A stretch of DNA of 64,000 nt, from NCBI GenBank assembly GCA_035508155.1, contig DATJNM010000058.1, positions 316 to 64,315 on the forward strand, given 5' to 3'. The position numbers were made by a program, and so were the translations under genes. The notes under the pieces were generated by a model. That model saw only the letters and a program-made list of their open reading frames with translations. It did not search any database and was not told where the DNA came from. This document shows, piece by piece, positions 62,509 through 64,000 of the stretch (its first letter is position 1; every line of letters begins with the position of its first letter). This DNA is from Candidatus Sulfopaludibacter sp. (GTDB lineage: Bacteria; Verrucomicrobiota; Verrucomicrobiia; Limisphaerales; UBA11358).

Positions 62509-63756
62509 ATGATTCGCGAACGAACCCATTGTCGTACCTGCGGCTCAAAAAATCTCCGGCTCATCCTCGATCTGGGAAAAACGGCGCTGGCCAACGATTT
62601 TCTCAATCCCGAGGAAGTGGCTCATTACAAAATCTGCCTGCCTCTGCGCGTCGTGTTATGTCTGGATTGTTCCCTGGTGCAGTTGGCCGATACGGTTGAC
62701 CCCAAGATTCTTTATTCGCGCTACGCCTACATTACCTCCACCTCCCGCACGATGGAAGCGCACCTGAGCGACCAGTCGGCGCATCTTCTGTCAGTCGGTC
62801 GCTCCGGGGCACGTCCGAAGGTTTTGGAAATCGCCAGCAATACCGGTGTGTTTTTGAAAAAGTTCCAGGAGCGCGGTTGCGAGGTGCTCGGGGTGGAACC
62901 GGCGCAAAACATCTGCGAAGTCGCGGAAAAGGCCGGCATCCCAACCCGGGGCGAATTTTTCAATGCCGCCAACGCCAAAAAAATAAAAGCGGAGTGGGGG
63001 GAAGCGGATCTGATTTTGGGCCGGCACGTCTTTGCCCATATTGACGACCTGCACGATTTGATTGCCGGCCTGGAGACGGTATCGCACCGGGAGACGCTGA
63101 TTGCGTTCGAAGTTCCATATCTCGTTGATTTCTTTGAGCGTACCGAATACGACACGATTTATCACGAGCATTTGTCCTACCTTTCAGTTCGGGCGCTGGC
63201 CGCCCTGGTGGAGGATTCACCCTTCGCCTTATCCCGGATTGACCATTACCAAATTCACGGCGGCTCGATTTTGTTTCACTTGCGTCACCGTTCGTCAAAG
63301 GCCGTAGCACACGAAAGCGTCGGGAAAGCCCTGGAAGTGGAGCGCCGCATGAAGCTGACCGAAGCAGCCACCTGGAAGACATTTACCGAAAGAGTCGATT
63401 ACATTCGCTCGGAACTGCCTGCCCTCGTTCGCAAACTCAAATCGCAGGATAAGCGCATCATCGGTTACGGCGCATCGGCCAAAGGCAATACGTTGCTCAA
63501 CACCTGCGGCCTCGGAATAAGGGAAATGGACTACATCATTGATAATACTCCTTTTAAGCAGAACAAGGTCGCGCCCGGCTCGTGGCTGCCGATCCGGCCA
63601 CCGGAATCCCTGCTCAAAGAACAGCCGGACTTTGCGCTGTTGCTGGCGTGGAATTTCGCGCCGGAAATCATCGGGCGTGAAGCGGAATATCAAAAACGTG
63701 GCGGGCGGTTTATCGTGCCGATCCCCAAACCCGAAATTGTCGGATTTCCATTGTAA
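62509..63756 (+). CDS. NDP-hexose C-methyltransferase-like SAM-dependent methyltransferase
   Basis: N-terminal zinc ribbon CRTCGS...CLDCSLVQL, SAM motif VLEIASNTGVF, C-terminal C-methyltransferase-like domain (GYGASAKGNTLLN). Start set to ATG 62509. Confidence 0.75.
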   Translation: MIRERTHCRTCGSKNLRLILDLGKTALANDFLNPEEVAHYKICLPLRVVLCLDCSLVQLADTVDPKILYSRYAYITSTSRTMEAHLSDQSAHLLSVGRSGARPKVLEIASNTGVFLKKFQERGCEVLGVEPAQNICEVAEKAGIPTRGEFFNAANAKKIKAEWGEADLILGRHVFAHIDDLHDLIAGLETVSHRETLIAFEVPYLVDFFERTEYDTIYHEHLSYLSVRALAALVEDSPFALSRIDHYQIHGGSILFHLRHRSSKAVAHESVGKALEVERRMKLTEAATWKTFTERVDYIRSELPALVRKLKSQDKRIIGYGASAKGNTLLNTCGLGIREMDYIIDNTPFKQNKVAPGSWLPIRPPESLLKEQPDFALLLAWNFAPEIIGREAEYQKRGGRFIVPIPKPEIVGFPL

Positions 63757-63786
63757 GCGTTTGACGGGAAAATCATCCGAACCATA

Positions 63787-64000
63787 ATGAATTCTCCCGG
63801 CACAACGGATCAGTCCTTTTCCGTCAGCGTTGTCGTCGTGAACTACAACTGCAAAAAATGGTTCGACCGTTTTTTCCCCTCGCTGCGGGCGCAGACGATC
63901 TTCGACCACACCGAGGTCATCATGGTGGACAACACATCCCGGGACGGTTCGGCGGAAATTTGCGAAACGGAAATGGCGACCTGGCCAAATGGGGTTTTCC
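63787..64000 (+). CDS. Glycosyltransferase family 2 (5' part, continues beyond the window)
   Basis: FSVSVVVVNYNCKKWFDRFFPSLRAQT...VIMVDNTSRDGS is a GT2 N-terminus. The frame is open to the window end. Confidence 0.75.
   Translation, partial: MNSPGTTDQSFSVSVVVVNYNCKKWFDRFFPSLRAQTIFDHTEVIMVDNTSRDGSAEICETEMATWPNGVF

Noticed and set aside
1-64000. CRISPR arrays, tRNA/rRNA genes, transposases, integrases, prophage or toxin-antitoxin and defence modules
   Set aside because: Scanning the intergenic gaps found no spaced direct-repeat arrays and no tRNA-like acceptor or T-arm sequences. The gaps scanned were 1704-1864, 17295-17563, 17858-18218, 18912-19150, 21296-21558, 23380-23583, 60430-60657 and 61378-61588. 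No ORF carried DDE, tyrosine- or serine-recombinase, phage-structural or nuclease/NTPase defence signatures. This was a scan by eye only, so small RNAs could be missed.

Overview
GC-rich, densely packed bacterial chromosomal segment. I call about 59 protein-coding genes. By eye I found no rRNA, tRNA, CRISPR array, transposase, integrase or phage genes. The gene content suggests a PVC-group, Verrucomicrobiota-like organism: GldG/DUF4340 ABC module, PEP-CTERM protein, secretin operon, and secreted proteins ending in STDLxxW...RFYRV. This taxonomic guess is inference only.

Layout:
- 1865-9511: translationally coupled ABC exporter, GldG-like, DUF4340 and AsmA-like operon.
- 9526-15619, minus strand: type IV pilus / T2SS-like operon (PilB ATPase, GspL-like PilM/N fusion, PilO-like, secretin).
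- 15.7-27.2 kb: housekeeping and miscellaneous genes (purU, CBM48 protein, Slp lipoprotein, PPK2, anion permease, arylsulfotransferase, TPR protein, hisI, trpE).
- 27.2-35.5 kb: redox/sulfur-flavoured block. An ArsR regulator faces a DUF2892, MFP, RND, rhodanese and membrane-thioredoxin operon.
- 35.6-39.1 kb: NfeD/SPFH pair, DCC/DUF2071 pair and an FmdB zinc-ribbon gene.
- 40.3-42.9 kb: a second, orphan PilB-type ATPase carrying an MshEN-like c-di-GMP motif, preceded by a TPR plus T2SSE_N protein.
- 43.1-47.5 kb: a 1455-aa GH13 plus amylo-1,6-glucosidase fusion.
- 47.5-64 kb: heptose and surface-glycan locus (hldC, GT9, transaldolase, gmhB, gmhA, hddC, hddA, oxidoreductases, flippase, FkbM, GT2, GT4, PEP-CTERM protein, rfbD, C-methyltransferase, GT2).

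The most unusual sequence-level signal is a set of short heptamer-phased micro-arrays. They sit at gene boundaries, often as inverted pairs. Two of them lie in frame inside the giant glycogen-debranching gene.

All family assignments come from motif recognition by eye. No database search was run.
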